Of a stretch of DNA of 64,000 nucleotides, positions 18,397 through 28,586 are shown piece after piece; the stretch's first letter is position 1, and each line of letters starts with the position of its first letter. The translations under genes and the position numbers were made by a program. The notes below the pieces were generated by a model. It ran no database searches. It was given only the letters and a program-made list of their open reading frames with translations, and was not told the DNA's origin. The DNA is taken from assembly GCA_043825875.1 (NCBI GenBank), contig JBDRRF010000067.1, forward strand, positions 32,001-96,000, given 5' to 3'. Source of the DNA: Pseudomonadota bacterium (GTDB lineage: Bacteria; Desulfobacterota; Desulfobacteria; Desulfobacterales; RPRI01).

Positions 18397-19833
18397 TCAG
18401 TTATCAGTTGACGGTTGGCAATTATCAGGTTTTGGTAATGTATCAGCATAACGTGGCGGCTGTCCTGCTTTTTCCAGCAGCTTGTTCACCTCGCGCTTTA
18501 ATTCGATTACACGTGTTTCACGACCCAATACTGCTCTGTTCCAGCGTTCTAGTTCTTCGATTTTTCCACCAAGCTCCATATTTGTCCTGATTTGCTCTGT
18601 GATATCGCGTGCTGTTGAAAGTGCGCCTTTCACATTTCCATGTTCATCTTTTAACATCCGGCACCACCATTCCAGCAGCCGAATTTTACCATCTTTGCGT
18701 TTCTGCCAGCTTTCAAGATGTATAACATGTTCACTGCCGTTAAAAAGAGGGTCCACCTGATCGTAAGTATTCTGATTGCCTGTAAAATAAAAAGAAGCTT
18801 CTTTGCCTATAATATCTGTCCCGAAGAATTCTATTCCGGCATTGTTTGCCCAAGTATATACTTTATTGGCATCCACCTCCACGATAATATCGGGAATTGC
18901 CGAAAGAAGCGCCTTCTGGCGATGAGATAAAGCCTGCAATTGTCTTTCCGTCTGCTTTTGTGCTGTAACATCAACAAGCATGATCCGATTTCCGGTCGTA
19001 CGGCCATCAACGCTTTTTTCAGGAACAGCTTGCAGCAAGGTATCTATTATTCTTCCATCACGTGTAAGAAGCCCGCAATCTTCACTTACAAAACGGTTTG
19101 AAAAAACCAGCCGGCAAACGCTGACTTCAAGTAATTCAATACACGATTCAGGCGTACAGAAGTCAGACAGAGGATGTTCCAAAACTTCGGAAATTGCATA
19201 TCCCAGGGTGTTCAAAAAGGATTTGTTGCATTCAGCAATAACAGGAATACCTCCATTATTACGTGTAATAACATACATAACCGGTGCTTCTTCAAACAAA
19301 CTACGATAACGCTGTTGGGATTCTTTTATTGCATCTTGTGCAAGTTTTCTTTCTGTTATATCTGTGGCAAAAACATAATAATAGTTCGGTTGGCCATTTT
19401 CATCTACCATTAAGTGAACAAGCAATTCGACCGGTACAAGCGTTTTATCTTTTCTTATATATTCTTTTTCGTAGCTTATCGGTCGGCCGGTGCGCTGTAG
19501 CTCTTCCAGGTTGGCTATTGTAATTTCCCGCCATTCGGGTGGAGTGAAATCCATAGCCCATTCAATCTTATTAAATTCCTTTATGTTCAACCCCAAAAGA
19601 TTTGCGAACGCTTCGTTGCAGGATTTTGTTTTTGTGTCTGAGTTAACAATCAAAACAGGTTGGGATAACTTCTGAATAATTGCAGAGTACAATTCTACCT
19701 CTTTATGACTTTGCAGAACGGCTCCTTCAGCAACTGTGAGTTTATGTTTAGCCGTAAAGGCTTTTACAAGTCTGCGGATAGACGTAGTTTTGGGTAGAAC
19801 AAAAGTCTTTTCAGTTTGCATTTCCGGTTTCAT
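18397..19833 (-). CDS. Multi-PAS protein without output domain, with C-terminal coiled coil
   Basis: Three PAS/PAC units (DITERK, DVTAQK, DITEQ) ending in GRETRVIELKREVNKLL. GGAGGG RBS precedes ATG 19833. Confidence 0.85.
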   Translation of the reverse strand: MKPEMQTEKTFVLPKTTSIRRLVKAFTAKHKLTVAEGAVLQSHKEVELYSAIIQKLSQPVLIVNSDTKTKSCNEAFANLLGLNIKEFNKIEWAMDFTPPEWREITIANLEELQRTGRPISYEKEYIRKDKTLVPVELLVHLMVDENGQPNYYYVFATDITERKLAQDAIKESQQRYRSLFEEAPVMYVITRNNGGIPVIAECNKSFLNTLGYAISEVLEHPLSDFCTPESCIELLEVSVCRLVFSNRFVSEDCGLLTRDGRIIDTLLQAVPEKSVDGRTTGNRIMLVDVTAQKQTERQLQALSHRQKALLSAIPDIIVEVDANKVYTWANNAGIEFFGTDIIGKEASFYFTGNQNTYDQVDPLFNGSEHVIHLESWQKRKDGKIRLLEWWCRMLKDEHGNVKGALSTARDITEQIRTNMELGGKIEELERWNRAVLGRETRVIELKREVNKLLEKAGQPPRYADTLPKPDNCQPSTDN

Positions 19834-20248
19834 AATGCCCTCCAAAAACCAAAGGTTAAACCAAGGTCATTCCCGGCACAGTATCCGTTGATGCTTTCTA
19901 AACTATATTATATACTTTTAAACATTTATGCTCAATATGTCAAACAATTAATATAAGATACAGCAATTCCCGGTGGAATAAAATTTTTATTATAAGATCT
20001 ATAGGCATAGAAAGAATTGATAAAGTATTATGGTTGAAAGACAATAACCAATAATGTCTATAACAACATGAAATAAATTGAAAATGTTTCTTTCCATTGA
20101 CGATAATTTAATATTCTGTTAGTTTAATGACAGTAATATTTGCATTATAAAACTAATAACATGCTAAATAAATTAAAATGTGCTTATAAGAAAAGCTTAT
20201 AAGCTAAAGTGTGTAAATAATAGTTGTTTATTATTTAACAAGGTATCA

Positions 20249-20716
20249 ATGCGTATGGAAGAAGAATTAAATATAAAACGAATTTGTGTAATAGACGGCC
20301 AGGGTGGCGGAATCGGAAGTGCAATCATCAAAAGACTGAGGGAAGTTGTTGTTGAGACAATTGAAATTCTTGCTCTTGGTACAAATGCCATAGCAACATC
20401 ACAAATGCTAAAAGCCGGAGCAAATCGTGGAGCATCAGGTGAAAACTCAATAGTTCATACCGTACAACAGGTTGACATTGTTATTGGGCCTATAGGGATA
20501 ATTCTCGCAAATGCCATGATGGGTGAGGTAACACCTCAAATTGCACAATCTGTTTCATCTTGCAGCGCAAGAAAGCTTCTGCTTCCGCTTTCTCAGGAAA
20601 ATGTTGAAATAATCGGGGTTTCTTCTTCTCCGCTTCCCCATATGATTGAAGAAATGATAGATAAAAATCTTAAAGAGGTTACAAAGCCAAAACAAAAGGA
20701 AGGTAAAAATGTGTGA
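20249..20716 (+). CDS. DUF3842 family protein
   Basis: VIDGQGGGIG, ALGTNAIAT and GASGEN motifs. Exact start is uncertain. Confidence 0.85.
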   Translation: MRMEEELNIKRICVIDGQGGGIGSAIIKRLREVVVETIEILALGTNAIATSQMLKAGANRGASGENSIVHTVQQVDIVIGPIGIILANAMMGEVTPQIAQSVSSCSARKLLLPLSQENVEIIGVSSSPLPHMIEEMIDKNLKEVTKPKQKEGKNV

Positions 20717-20903
20717 AGCCAATGCATATCTTATAGAAGAGAATGACAATAAACTTATAATGGAAGCAGTCGATAGTGTTGAGCCTGAAGGTGATGGAAT
20801 CAGACTTGTCAACATATTCGGAGATCAAAAATTCATAAAAGCCAGAGTGCACTCTCTATCACTTGTAGATCATAAAATATTTCTAAAACCTCATAATTCG
20901 TAA
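20709..20903 (+). CDS. CooT-family small nickel-binding protein
   Basis: MCEANAY N-terminus, NIFGDQK and LVDHKI. Confidence 0.85.
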   Translation: MCEANAYLIEENDNKLIMEAVDSVEPEGDGIRLVNIFGDQKFIKARVHSLSLVDHKIFLKPHNS

Positions 20904-22624
20904 TGAAAATTCTTGTAGCCAAGACAGCGGGTTTTTGTATGGGTGTACGAAGAGCCGTAGAAATGGCTCTTGATATGCCCAATAAGTACAAATGCCCGAT
21001 ATTTACTTTCGGGCCGCTTATCCACAACCCACAGGTGCTTGATCTTTTACGCGAAAAAGGTATTACAGTTATCAAGGATATTCCTGAAAACGGGTCAGGC
21101 ACTGTGCTGATAAGGGCTCATGGGGTACCGCCAGGCACAAAAAAAAGTCTTAAAGATTCCGGTTTTAAGGTAATTGATGCTACTTGTCCCCGTGTTATTA
21201 AAGTACAAACTATAATCGGCAAACATGCAAAAGACGGGTATACCTCCATAATCATCGGGGATAAAAATCATCCGGAAGTAATTGGTCTGCTCGGGTATGC
21301 CAGAGGTCATGGATATGCTGTAGCAAGCATTGAAGAGCTTGAGGCTCTTCCCGAATTTGAGAAGGCGATAGTTGTCGCCCAGACTACACAAAACGTCCAT
21401 TTTTATGAAAAAGTAAAGCAATTAGTTGCAAGTAATTACCCTCATTTTAAGCTTTATGATACTATATGCAATTCAACATCTATGAGGCAAGCTGAAGTAA
21501 AAGAACTTGCAGAGCAAGTTGATGCAATAGTTGTAGTGGGGGGACATAACAGCGGAAATACACAAAGGCTCACAGAAGCAGTTATACAGGCCGGAAAGCC
21601 GGCTTATCAGATTGAAACAGAATCCGAGCTTGACCTGGCATCTCTTTCTTCTGCCAAAAATATCGGAATAACAGCAGGGGCTTCTACACCAAACTGGTTG
21701 ATTAAAAGAGTTTACAGGTCTTTAGAAGATCTTTCATATAACAAGGCGCGTGGCTGGCGCAAGCAACTTTACAACATACAATATTCTTTGTTCATAGGAA
21801 ATATCTATGTATCTATAGGAGCCGGATGTCTTTGTTATGCAAACATCAAACTGCTGGGCGCTTCAAATTATTTTCCATATGTGGTTATGTCAATGCTTTA
21901 TATTTTTTCAATGCATGTAATAAACAATCTTATAGGCATGAACGCCGATTATTACAATGATCCGGACAGAGCGGTTTTTTACAACAAGTATAAAGTACCA
22001 CTTGCTTTTCTCGCTCTTTCGGCGGGAGGCGCGGGCATTTTAACTGCATATTCTGTAGGTCTTACTCCTTTTATTGTTCTTTCATCTATCAGCATAATGG
22101 GTCTTTCCTACAATTTGAGAATTATCCCGGAAAAAATAACAAATGGAAAATACAGAAGTATAAGAGATATCCCAGGCTCTAAAACAGTTCTGATTTCTGC
22201 TGCATGGGGTGTTGTAACTTCACTTCTGCCAGCCTTGTGTTTAAAAGCCAGCCCAGCAATTATTATAGTTTTTACATGGTCTGTGTGCATGGCTTTTGTG
22301 AGAACCTCCTTTTTTGATATTCTTGATATGCAGGGCGACCGCATTGTAGGCAGGGAAACAATTCCAATAATCATAGGAGAAGAGCGTACTATACGCCTTT
22401 TAAAGGCTATTCTTGTTTCGATGGTTGCGCTTTTGCTTGTATCAGGTGCATTTAATATTATCACAAATCTTGGGTTTATTCTTTTTATATGTCCTTTATC
22501 TTTGTTTTTTATTCTATTAAAACATATTGAGGGCTATATGCTTTCAGGAACAAAGCTTGAATTTCTTGTAGAATCTCATTTTATAATTGCAGGCATAATA
22601 GCTTTGTTATGGCCGTTTGCCTGA
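20903..22624 (+). CDS. ispH: 4-hydroxy-3-methylbut-2-enyl diphosphate reductase fused to a UbiA-like membrane domain
   Basis: AGFCMGV, DATCP, TICNST and TAGASTP motifs, followed by several TM helices with DILDMQGD...GRETIP. Confidence 0.93.
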   Translation: MKILVAKTAGFCMGVRRAVEMALDMPNKYKCPIFTFGPLIHNPQVLDLLREKGITVIKDIPENGSGTVLIRAHGVPPGTKKSLKDSGFKVIDATCPRVIKVQTIIGKHAKDGYTSIIIGDKNHPEVIGLLGYARGHGYAVASIEELEALPEFEKAIVVAQTTQNVHFYEKVKQLVASNYPHFKLYDTICNSTSMRQAEVKELAEQVDAIVVVGGHNSGNTQRLTEAVIQAGKPAYQIETESELDLASLSSAKNIGITAGASTPNWLIKRVYRSLEDLSYNKARGWRKQLYNIQYSLFIGNIYVSIGAGCLCYANIKLLGASNYFPYVVMSMLYIFSMHVINNLIGMNADYYNDPDRAVFYNKYKVPLAFLALSAGGAGILTAYSVGLTPFIVLSSISIMGLSYNLRIIPEKITNGKYRSIRDIPGSKTVLISAAWGVVTSLLPALCLKASPAIIIVFTWSVCMAFVRTSFFDILDMQGDRIVGRETIPIIIGEERTIRLLKAILVSMVALLLVSGAFNIITNLGFILFICPLSLFFILLKHIEGYMLSGTKLEFLVESHFIIAGIIALLWPFA

Positions 22625-22637
22625 AAAATATTCTCTT

Positions 22638-24536
22638 CTATTCCAAAGCCACGGCAATGGCATCCAGCTTTTCCCAGCGCTTATAAGCAGCTAAGATTTC
22701 CGTCTCAATGACTTTCAGGCGTGCGGTGATGGCAGCAATTTTATCTTTATCTTTTTTATAAAAATCCGGGTCTGACATATCGGCGAATAGCTGTTTTTGT
22801 TCAGTTTCCAATTCGTCGATTACACGTGGCAGGCTTTCTAAGTCCCGTTGCTCCTTAAATCCCAGTTTGCGGGGTTTTCCCGGTTTATTTTTTAAAACAC
22901 GAGGCTTGGATGTTTTATTTTCCTGTTTGGGTAAAGGCTCTATAACCTGGCGTTGGGCCAGCCAGTCATCATAGCCACCGGGGTATTCACGCACTGTGCC
23001 GTTTCCCTCAAAGGCAAGAGTGCTTGTTACCACGTTATTTAAAAAGCTACGGTCATGGCTTACAAGCAAAAGGGTTCCCGTATAGTCTAACAGCAGATCT
23101 TCTAAAAGCTCCAGTGTTTCTGCATCCAGATCGTTTGTCGGCTCATCCATAACAAGCAAATTGGCCGGTTTGGCAAACATCTTTGCAAGCAGCAGGCGAT
23201 TTTTTTCACCACCGGAGAGAATGTGTACCGGTGTACGAGTGCGTTCGGGAGGAAATAAAAAATCCTGAAGATAGGAAATCACATGGCGTTTTTGTCCATT
23301 AAATTCTATGAAATCATTTCCTTCGCCAATATTTTGAACTACGGTTTTGTTTTCATCAAGCAAAAGTCGCAACTGATCAAAATAGGCTACCTGAAGCTTG
23401 GTGCCGTGACGTATACTGCCACTATCCGGAGCAATTTCTTCAAGCAGTATTTTAAGCAGGGTGGTTTTACCCGAGCCATTGGGACCAATAAGCCCTATTT
23501 TATCCCCTCTCATAATCACAGTGCTAAAACCCTTGATATATGGCACATTGGCATAAGAATATAAAATATCTTTGGCTTCGATGACCAGCTTGCCACTTCG
23601 TTCGGCATCCTGGGTCTTCATGTTCGCACGGCCTATTTGTGCCCGCCGCGCCTGAAAAGCCTCCCGTAATTTTTTTAAAGCACGAACGCGTCCTTCATTT
23701 CTTGTACGGCGGGCTTTGATTCCCTGGCGAATCCAGACCTCTTCTGCTGAAAGCTTTTTATCGAATCGCTTGTTTTGGTTTGCCTCACTTATTGCATCTT
23801 CTTCCCTGCGTTTTAAATAATTTGTATAATTACAGGCATAGGAAATTAAACGGCCTCTATCTAGTTCCAGAATCCGGTTTGCGATTCTTTTTACAAATGC
23901 CCGGTCATGGGATACAAAAAGCAAGGTTTGAATATTTTTTGCAATGTAGTCCTCCATCCAGACAATGGTATCTATATCCAGATGGTTGGTGGGTTCGTCC
24001 AAAAGAAGTATATCGGGCTGTCGGATCATGGCACGGCAAAGCAAGGTGCGGCGCTTCATACCTGCGGACAGGGTGGCAAAATCCAGGCCTTGATTAAGTC
24101 CTGCACGCGCCAGCAAATCTTCGATTTGTGGTGCCAACACCCATCCATTGGCAGCATCCATCTGATGCTGTAAAGTTTCATACAGGGAAATGTGCTCAGG
24201 GTTATCTGCCACAAGGTTGTTGGATAAGCGGCGGTACTGGATAAGAGTTTCGCCTTTATGTCCCAAACCAAGAGCTACCATATCGAAAACAGTGCCTCCG
24301 GATTGGCTGGGTACTTCCTGCTCTAAAATAGCTGTGGTTGTACCCTGCTGGAATCTGATTTCTCCGCTGTCTTGCAACAGGCTGCCGTTTATAAGGTTGA
24401 TCAGGCTCGATTTGCCTACACCGTTTCGCCCTAGCAGGCAGATCCGCTCGCCCTTTTCAATTTGAAGGCTTACTTTATCGATTAAAGGCGTACCTCCCAG
24501 GCCCCAACTCACATCCTGCATGCTGATTAATGACAT
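22638..24536 (-). CDS. uup: ABC-F ATPase, Uup family
   Basis: Two ABC domains (GRNGVGKS, GPNGSGKT), EEVWIRQGIKARRTRNEGRVRAL linker and C-terminal coiled coil. Confidence 0.93.
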   Translation of the reverse strand: MSLISMQDVSWGLGGTPLIDKVSLQIEKGERICLLGRNGVGKSSLINLINGSLLQDSGEIRFQQGTTTAILEQEVPSQSGGTVFDMVALGLGHKGETLIQYRRLSNNLVADNPEHISLYETLQHQMDAANGWVLAPQIEDLLARAGLNQGLDFATLSAGMKRRTLLCRAMIRQPDILLLDEPTNHLDIDTIVWMEDYIAKNIQTLLFVSHDRAFVKRIANRILELDRGRLISYACNYTNYLKRREEDAISEANQNKRFDKKLSAEEVWIRQGIKARRTRNEGRVRALKKLREAFQARRAQIGRANMKTQDAERSGKLVIEAKDILYSYANVPYIKGFSTVIMRGDKIGLIGPNGSGKTTLLKILLEEIAPDSGSIRHGTKLQVAYFDQLRLLLDENKTVVQNIGEGNDFIEFNGQKRHVISYLQDFLFPPERTRTPVHILSGGEKNRLLLAKMFAKPANLLVMDEPTNDLDAETLELLEDLLLDYTGTLLLVSHDRSFLNNVVTSTLAFEGNGTVREYPGGYDDWLAQRQVIEPLPKQENKTSKPRVLKNKPGKPRKLGFKEQRDLESLPRVIDELETEQKQLFADMSDPDFYKKDKDKIAAITARLKVIETEILAAYKRWEKLDAIAVALE

Positions 24537-24651
24537 AAAGTATTATCCTTGAAACCTAAAGTTGTAAAAATACGTGCATCTTTTGAATTCGTCTGGCTTT
24601 TATAATGCAAACCATACATATTTATAAGTTTATCATTAGTATAACGCATTA

Positions 24652-24885
24652 TTAATCACTTTTTGTTATTATATCATTATTTGTTTTTGTCATCTTTTCA
24701 AAGATTTTTGTCAGATCAAAGCCAAAATACCGCAAACACATCAAAAGCAGCAAAGCTGCACCTCCTTCATCTAAATTACCTACAAATGGAATATTGTCGG
24801 GAATAATTTCAATTATTCCGACGCCGATATTAAGAAGATAAAGAAGCGATATAAGACCTAAACATGCTACAATAATCTTTTTCAT
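24652..24885 (-). CDS. DUF1232/YkvA-like small membrane protein
   Basis: IIPDNIPFVGNLDE motif. Confidence 0.8.
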   Translation of the reverse strand: MKKIIVACLGLISLLYLLNIGVGIIEIIPDNIPFVGNLDEGGAALLLLMCLRYFGFDLTKIFEKMTKTNNDIITKSD

Positions 24886-25044
24886 CGGGGCTCACCTTTA
24901 TTTGTATTTAAATTCAAGGCCTTAACCTGCCATTTCTTTGTGATTTTCCGCAAGCATACAACCGAGTGGCCGTATGATACCTTATGTTATAAGGAAAAAG
25001 CAAATATTGCTTCTCCTTATCACTTTTGATATACTGGTTTACAA

Positions 25045-25521
25045 ATGAATACATGTAAAAATATATTCTTTGTTTATATTTTGCTTTTATTTATATCAGG
25101 CTGTGCCGCAAAATATGGGATAGAAACAGATTCTACAGCCAGGTATAATGAAACTGTTGAAAAGCAATTACGCAAAGAAGTAGAGCTGTGGCTTGATACT
25201 CCTCATCGTATGGGTGGAACAGGACCTGACGGTATTGACTGCTCAGGCTTAGTAATGGTTGTCTATAAAAAATTATTTAAAATACAATTGCCGCGTGATA
25301 CCGACAAGCAGGTTTTAGCTGGCATACCTGTTAAAAAAAGTAAGCTTAAAGCAGGTGATCTGGTTTTTTTTGATCCTCCTCGGTATAAAAGACATGTAGG
25401 AATTTATATCGGAAAAGGAGAATTCGCTCACACTTCAAGCAGTAAAGGGGTAATTGTTTCCAAACTTTCCAATCCTTACTGGAAAAAACATTATATGAAA
25501 TCACGCCGGATACTCCAATGA
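25045..25521 (+). CDS. NlpC/P60 lipoprotein endopeptidase
   Basis: Lipobox ISGC; GIDCSG, GDLVFF and HVGIY motifs. Confidence 0.93.
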   Translation: MNTCKNIFFVYILLLFISGCAAKYGIETDSTARYNETVEKQLRKEVELWLDTPHRMGGTGPDGIDCSGLVMVVYKKLFKIQLPRDTDKQVLAGIPVKKSKLKAGDLVFFDPPRYKRHVGIYIGKGEFAHTSSSKGVIVSKLSNPYWKKHYMKSRRILQ

Positions 25522-25946
25522 TTCAAATTACAGATCAAATATCAATTTCAGAAGGTGAAATAAAAGAAGATTTCATTCAGGCTTCGGGACCGGGTGGTCA
25601 AAATGTTAACAAGGTTGCATCTGCCGTTCAGCTCCGTTTTGATGTAAAAAACTCTACTTCACTGCCAGATGATGTGCGCAACAGGCTCATTCAGATTTCA
25701 GGGAAAAAAGTTTCATCGGAAGGCATACTTATAATAAATGCCAAACGATTCCGCGACCAGATAAAAAACCGCAAAGATGCAACAGACCGCCTTGTTAAAT
25801 TAATACAAAAAGCAGCCGAGATACAAAAGAAGCGTATCAGGACAAACCCATCCATTGCTTCAAGAAAAAAACGGCTCGAAGCAAAACACCGCAGAAGCAC
25901 AATAAAAAAAATCAGAACAAATGTCCCTTCGGCAGAAGAATACTAG
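25518..25946 (+). CDS. arfB: Alternative ribosome-rescue peptidyl-tRNA hydrolase
   Basis: SGPGGQNVNK motif and basic C-terminal tail. Confidence 0.93.
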   Translation: MIQITDQISISEGEIKEDFIQASGPGGQNVNKVASAVQLRFDVKNSTSLPDDVRNRLIQISGKKVSSEGILIINAKRFRDQIKNRKDATDRLVKLIQKAAEIQKKRIRTNPSIASRKKRLEAKHRRSTIKKIRTNVPSAEEY

Positions 25947-26233
25947 AACTTAAAATCCACAACAATAGTACTATCACTCATCTCTTTAATCAATCCAGCC
26001 ACTTCCTGATGCAACGGGTGCACCGTGTATTTACCCAATGAATCCAAGTCCACAAAAACAGATACTATAGCAAAATCGTAAGATCTTTCGGAATGCAGAA
26101 CATCACATCCGAATTTATAATATGTGATCTCAGAAATTTTATCAGGTAAAGCTCCCAGCTTTTTTTCAAGTTTATCTATCTCGCTTTTATCTACTTCTTT
26201 TTTAAACTTTATAACAACAACATGTTTTATCAT
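25943..26233 (-). CDS. Dabb (stress-responsive A/B barrel) protein
   Basis: MIKHVV, YTVHPLH and VVDF motifs. Confidence 0.88.
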   Translation of the reverse strand: MIKHVVVIKFKKEVDKSEIDKLEKKLGALPDKISEITYYKFGCDVLHSERSYDFAIVSVFVDLDSLGKYTVHPLHQEVAGLIKEMSDSTIVVDFKF

Positions 26234-26249
26234 TTTACTTTCCTTCCGG

Positions 26250-27410
26250 CTATTTCAGAAATACCCTTTTTACGCGATCTGAAACCGATGTAACAATCTC
26301 ATAGTTAATAGTGTTTAGTATGGATGCTATTTCATCAACTGTAATAGAATTGCCCTGTTGTTTCCCAAAAATCACAACTCCGTCTCCCTGCTTTACTTCC
26401 GGTATATCGCCAACATCAAGCATAGTCAGATCCATGCACACACGTCCGGCTATTGGGGCTTTCTGTCCGCAAACAAGCATAGAAGCCCGCGAAGAAAGAA
26501 GCCTGTTGTATCCGTCGGCATATCCGACCGGAATTGTGGCAATGGTTGTTTGTCTGGCTGCTTCATAGGTTGCGCCATAGCTGACTTTGAATCCGGCAGC
26601 AACATCTTTTAATTGTGTAATTACTGCTTTAAGAGACATGGCAGGCCGTAATGATATTTTATCTTTATTTACTTCTTCAGATGGATAAAGTCCGTAAATT
26701 GATATGCCTGCACGAACCATATCAAGATGGGTTTGAGGCATATCAATAATTGCCGCACTGTTTGCCGCATGCTTAAGCTTAAATTCAATGTTTTTTGACT
26801 TAAGCTGATCTGTAAATTCAGTAAATATTTCAAACTGCTTTAGTGCAAATGATTTGTCAAAACTATCTGCCATTGAAAAATGGGTATATATTCCTTCTGC
26901 TTCAATGCCGGAAAGTTGTACAATTGATTCAACTTCAGCCAATGCGCTTTGAGGTTTAATTCCGTTTTTATCATAGCTTCTGAAACAATCGGGTAATATT
27001 CCGATTCTTCCCATACCAGTATCTATCTTAAGATGTACCTTGATTTTATTGTTTTTTGATAATGCAAATAAAGAAAGAGATTTAGCAAAAGAATATGAGC
27101 AGACAGTTTGAATAAGATTGTACTTTATAATATCTCCATATTGAGCCGGTTGCGTAAATCCGAAAATTAAAATCGGAGCATCAATTTTCTTTTCTCTTAA
27201 TAATATTGCCTCTTCTATCCGGGCAACACCTAAATAATCGGCTCCACTATCAAGAGCACAGCGCGCAACCTCGAAAGACCCATGACCATATGCATTTGCT
27301 TTTACAACAGCCATAAGAAGTGAACCAGGATTTGCAATCCGTCTTAATTCACATATATTATGAGCAATCGCTTTAAGATCAATCTCAGCCCAAAGAATAT
27401 TTTCAGCCAA
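26250..27410 (-). CDS. alr: Alanine racemase
   Basis: AVVKANAYGHG, KIDTGMGRIG, GYADG and GRVCMD motifs. Confidence 0.97.
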   Translation of the reverse strand: MAENILWAEIDLKAIAHNICELRRIANPGSLLMAVVKANAYGHGSFEVARCALDSGADYLGVARIEEAILLREKKIDAPILIFGFTQPAQYGDIIKYNLIQTVCSYSFAKSLSLFALSKNNKIKVHLKIDTGMGRIGILPDCFRSYDKNGIKPQSALAEVESIVQLSGIEAEGIYTHFSMADSFDKSFALKQFEIFTEFTDQLKSKNIEFKLKHAANSAAIIDMPQTHLDMVRAGISIYGLYPSEEVNKDKISLRPAMSLKAVITQLKDVAAGFKVSYGATYEAARQTTIATIPVGYADGYNRLLSSRASMLVCGQKAPIAGRVCMDLTMLDVGDIPEVKQGDGVVIFGKQQGNSITVDEIASILNTINYEIVTSVSDRVKRVFLK

Positions 27411-27420
27411 TACACACTCC

Positions 27421-28521
27421 CTATAGTTTTGAGTACTCCAGGCCGAATGCGTCGGCCACTCCCTTGCATGTTATTTTTCCACACACTATGTTAGCACCGG
27501 ATCTGATCTCGGTATTTTCTTTAAATGCTTTTTTCCATCCCTTATTTGCAATCTTGATAGCATATGGCAAAGTAGCATTTGTTAACGCAAGCGTAGATGT
27601 TTTGGGGACGACTCCCGGCATATTGGCCACACAATAATGGACAACACCATCAACTATATATGTAGGATTTTTATGCGTTGTGGGTTTGGAAGTCTCAAAA
27701 CATCCTCCCTGATCGATAGCCACATCTACCATAACAGAACCCTTTTTCATGCTTTTTAACATTTCTTTTGTAACCAGCATAGGCGCTTTAGATCCGGGTA
27801 TGAGTACAGCTCCTATGACTACATCAGCCACTTTAACAAGCTTTCTGATAACAGCCGGAGTAGACATAATAAGAAAACAATTTTTTGGCATAACATCGCT
27901 AAGATAACGCAGACGATCCAGATCTTTATCGAGAAGATATACCTTTGCACCTATACCGCAGGCCATTTTCGCTGCATTGGTTCCAACTTCACCTGCTCCG
28001 ATTATAAGAACTGTTCCCGGATCTACACCGGGCACACCACCTAGAAGAACCCCCTGGCCGCCATTTCCCATCTCCAGATATTTGGCACCTTGCTGAATCG
28101 CCATTCTCCCGGCTACTTCACTCATCGGGGTAAGCAAAGGAAGTGATCCATCAGATTTCTGTATGGTCTCGTACGCAATATTTACAGATTCTTTACTGAT
28201 AAGTACTTTCGTCAATTCTTCAAAAGCAGCAAGATGAAGATAAGTAAAAATAATCTGATTTTTCTTTATCAGATCATATTCTAAAGGCATGGGTTCTTTC
28301 ACATGCATTATCATTGTCGCCCGATCAAAAATCTCAGCAGAAGTTGTTATAATACTTGCACCCGCTTTCTCATACGCCGAATCTTTAAAACCGCTTTCAA
28401 CACCGGCACCTTTTTCGATCAAAATATCATGCCCGTTTTGCGTCATCAATTCGACTCCGGCGGGAGTCATTGCCACCCTATGTTCTTCTTCTTTTATTTC
28501 CTTAGGAATTCCGACAATCAT
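27421..28521 (-). CDS. ald: Alanine dehydrogenase
   Basis: MIVGIPKEIK, PMSEVAGR, DVAIDQGGCFET and YCVANMPG motifs. ATG 28521 chosen as start. Confidence 0.96.
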   Translation of the reverse strand: MIVGIPKEIKEEEHRVAMTPAGVELMTQNGHDILIEKGAGVESGFKDSAYEKAGASIITTSAEIFDRATMIMHVKEPMPLEYDLIKKNQIIFTYLHLAAFEELTKVLISKESVNIAYETIQKSDGSLPLLTPMSEVAGRMAIQQGAKYLEMGNGGQGVLLGGVPGVDPGTVLIIGAGEVGTNAAKMACGIGAKVYLLDKDLDRLRYLSDVMPKNCFLIMSTPAVIRKLVKVADVVIGAVLIPGSKAPMLVTKEMLKSMKKGSVMVDVAIDQGGCFETSKPTTHKNPTYIVDGVVHYCVANMPGVVPKTSTLALTNATLPYAIKIANKGWKKAFKENTEIRSGANIVCGKITCKGVADAFGLEYSKL

Positions 28522-28586
28522 CTTTAAGCCTTTCTCATATCGCAAATGGATAGATAATTTCTTAAAAGCAAAGTCTGTAAAAAAGC

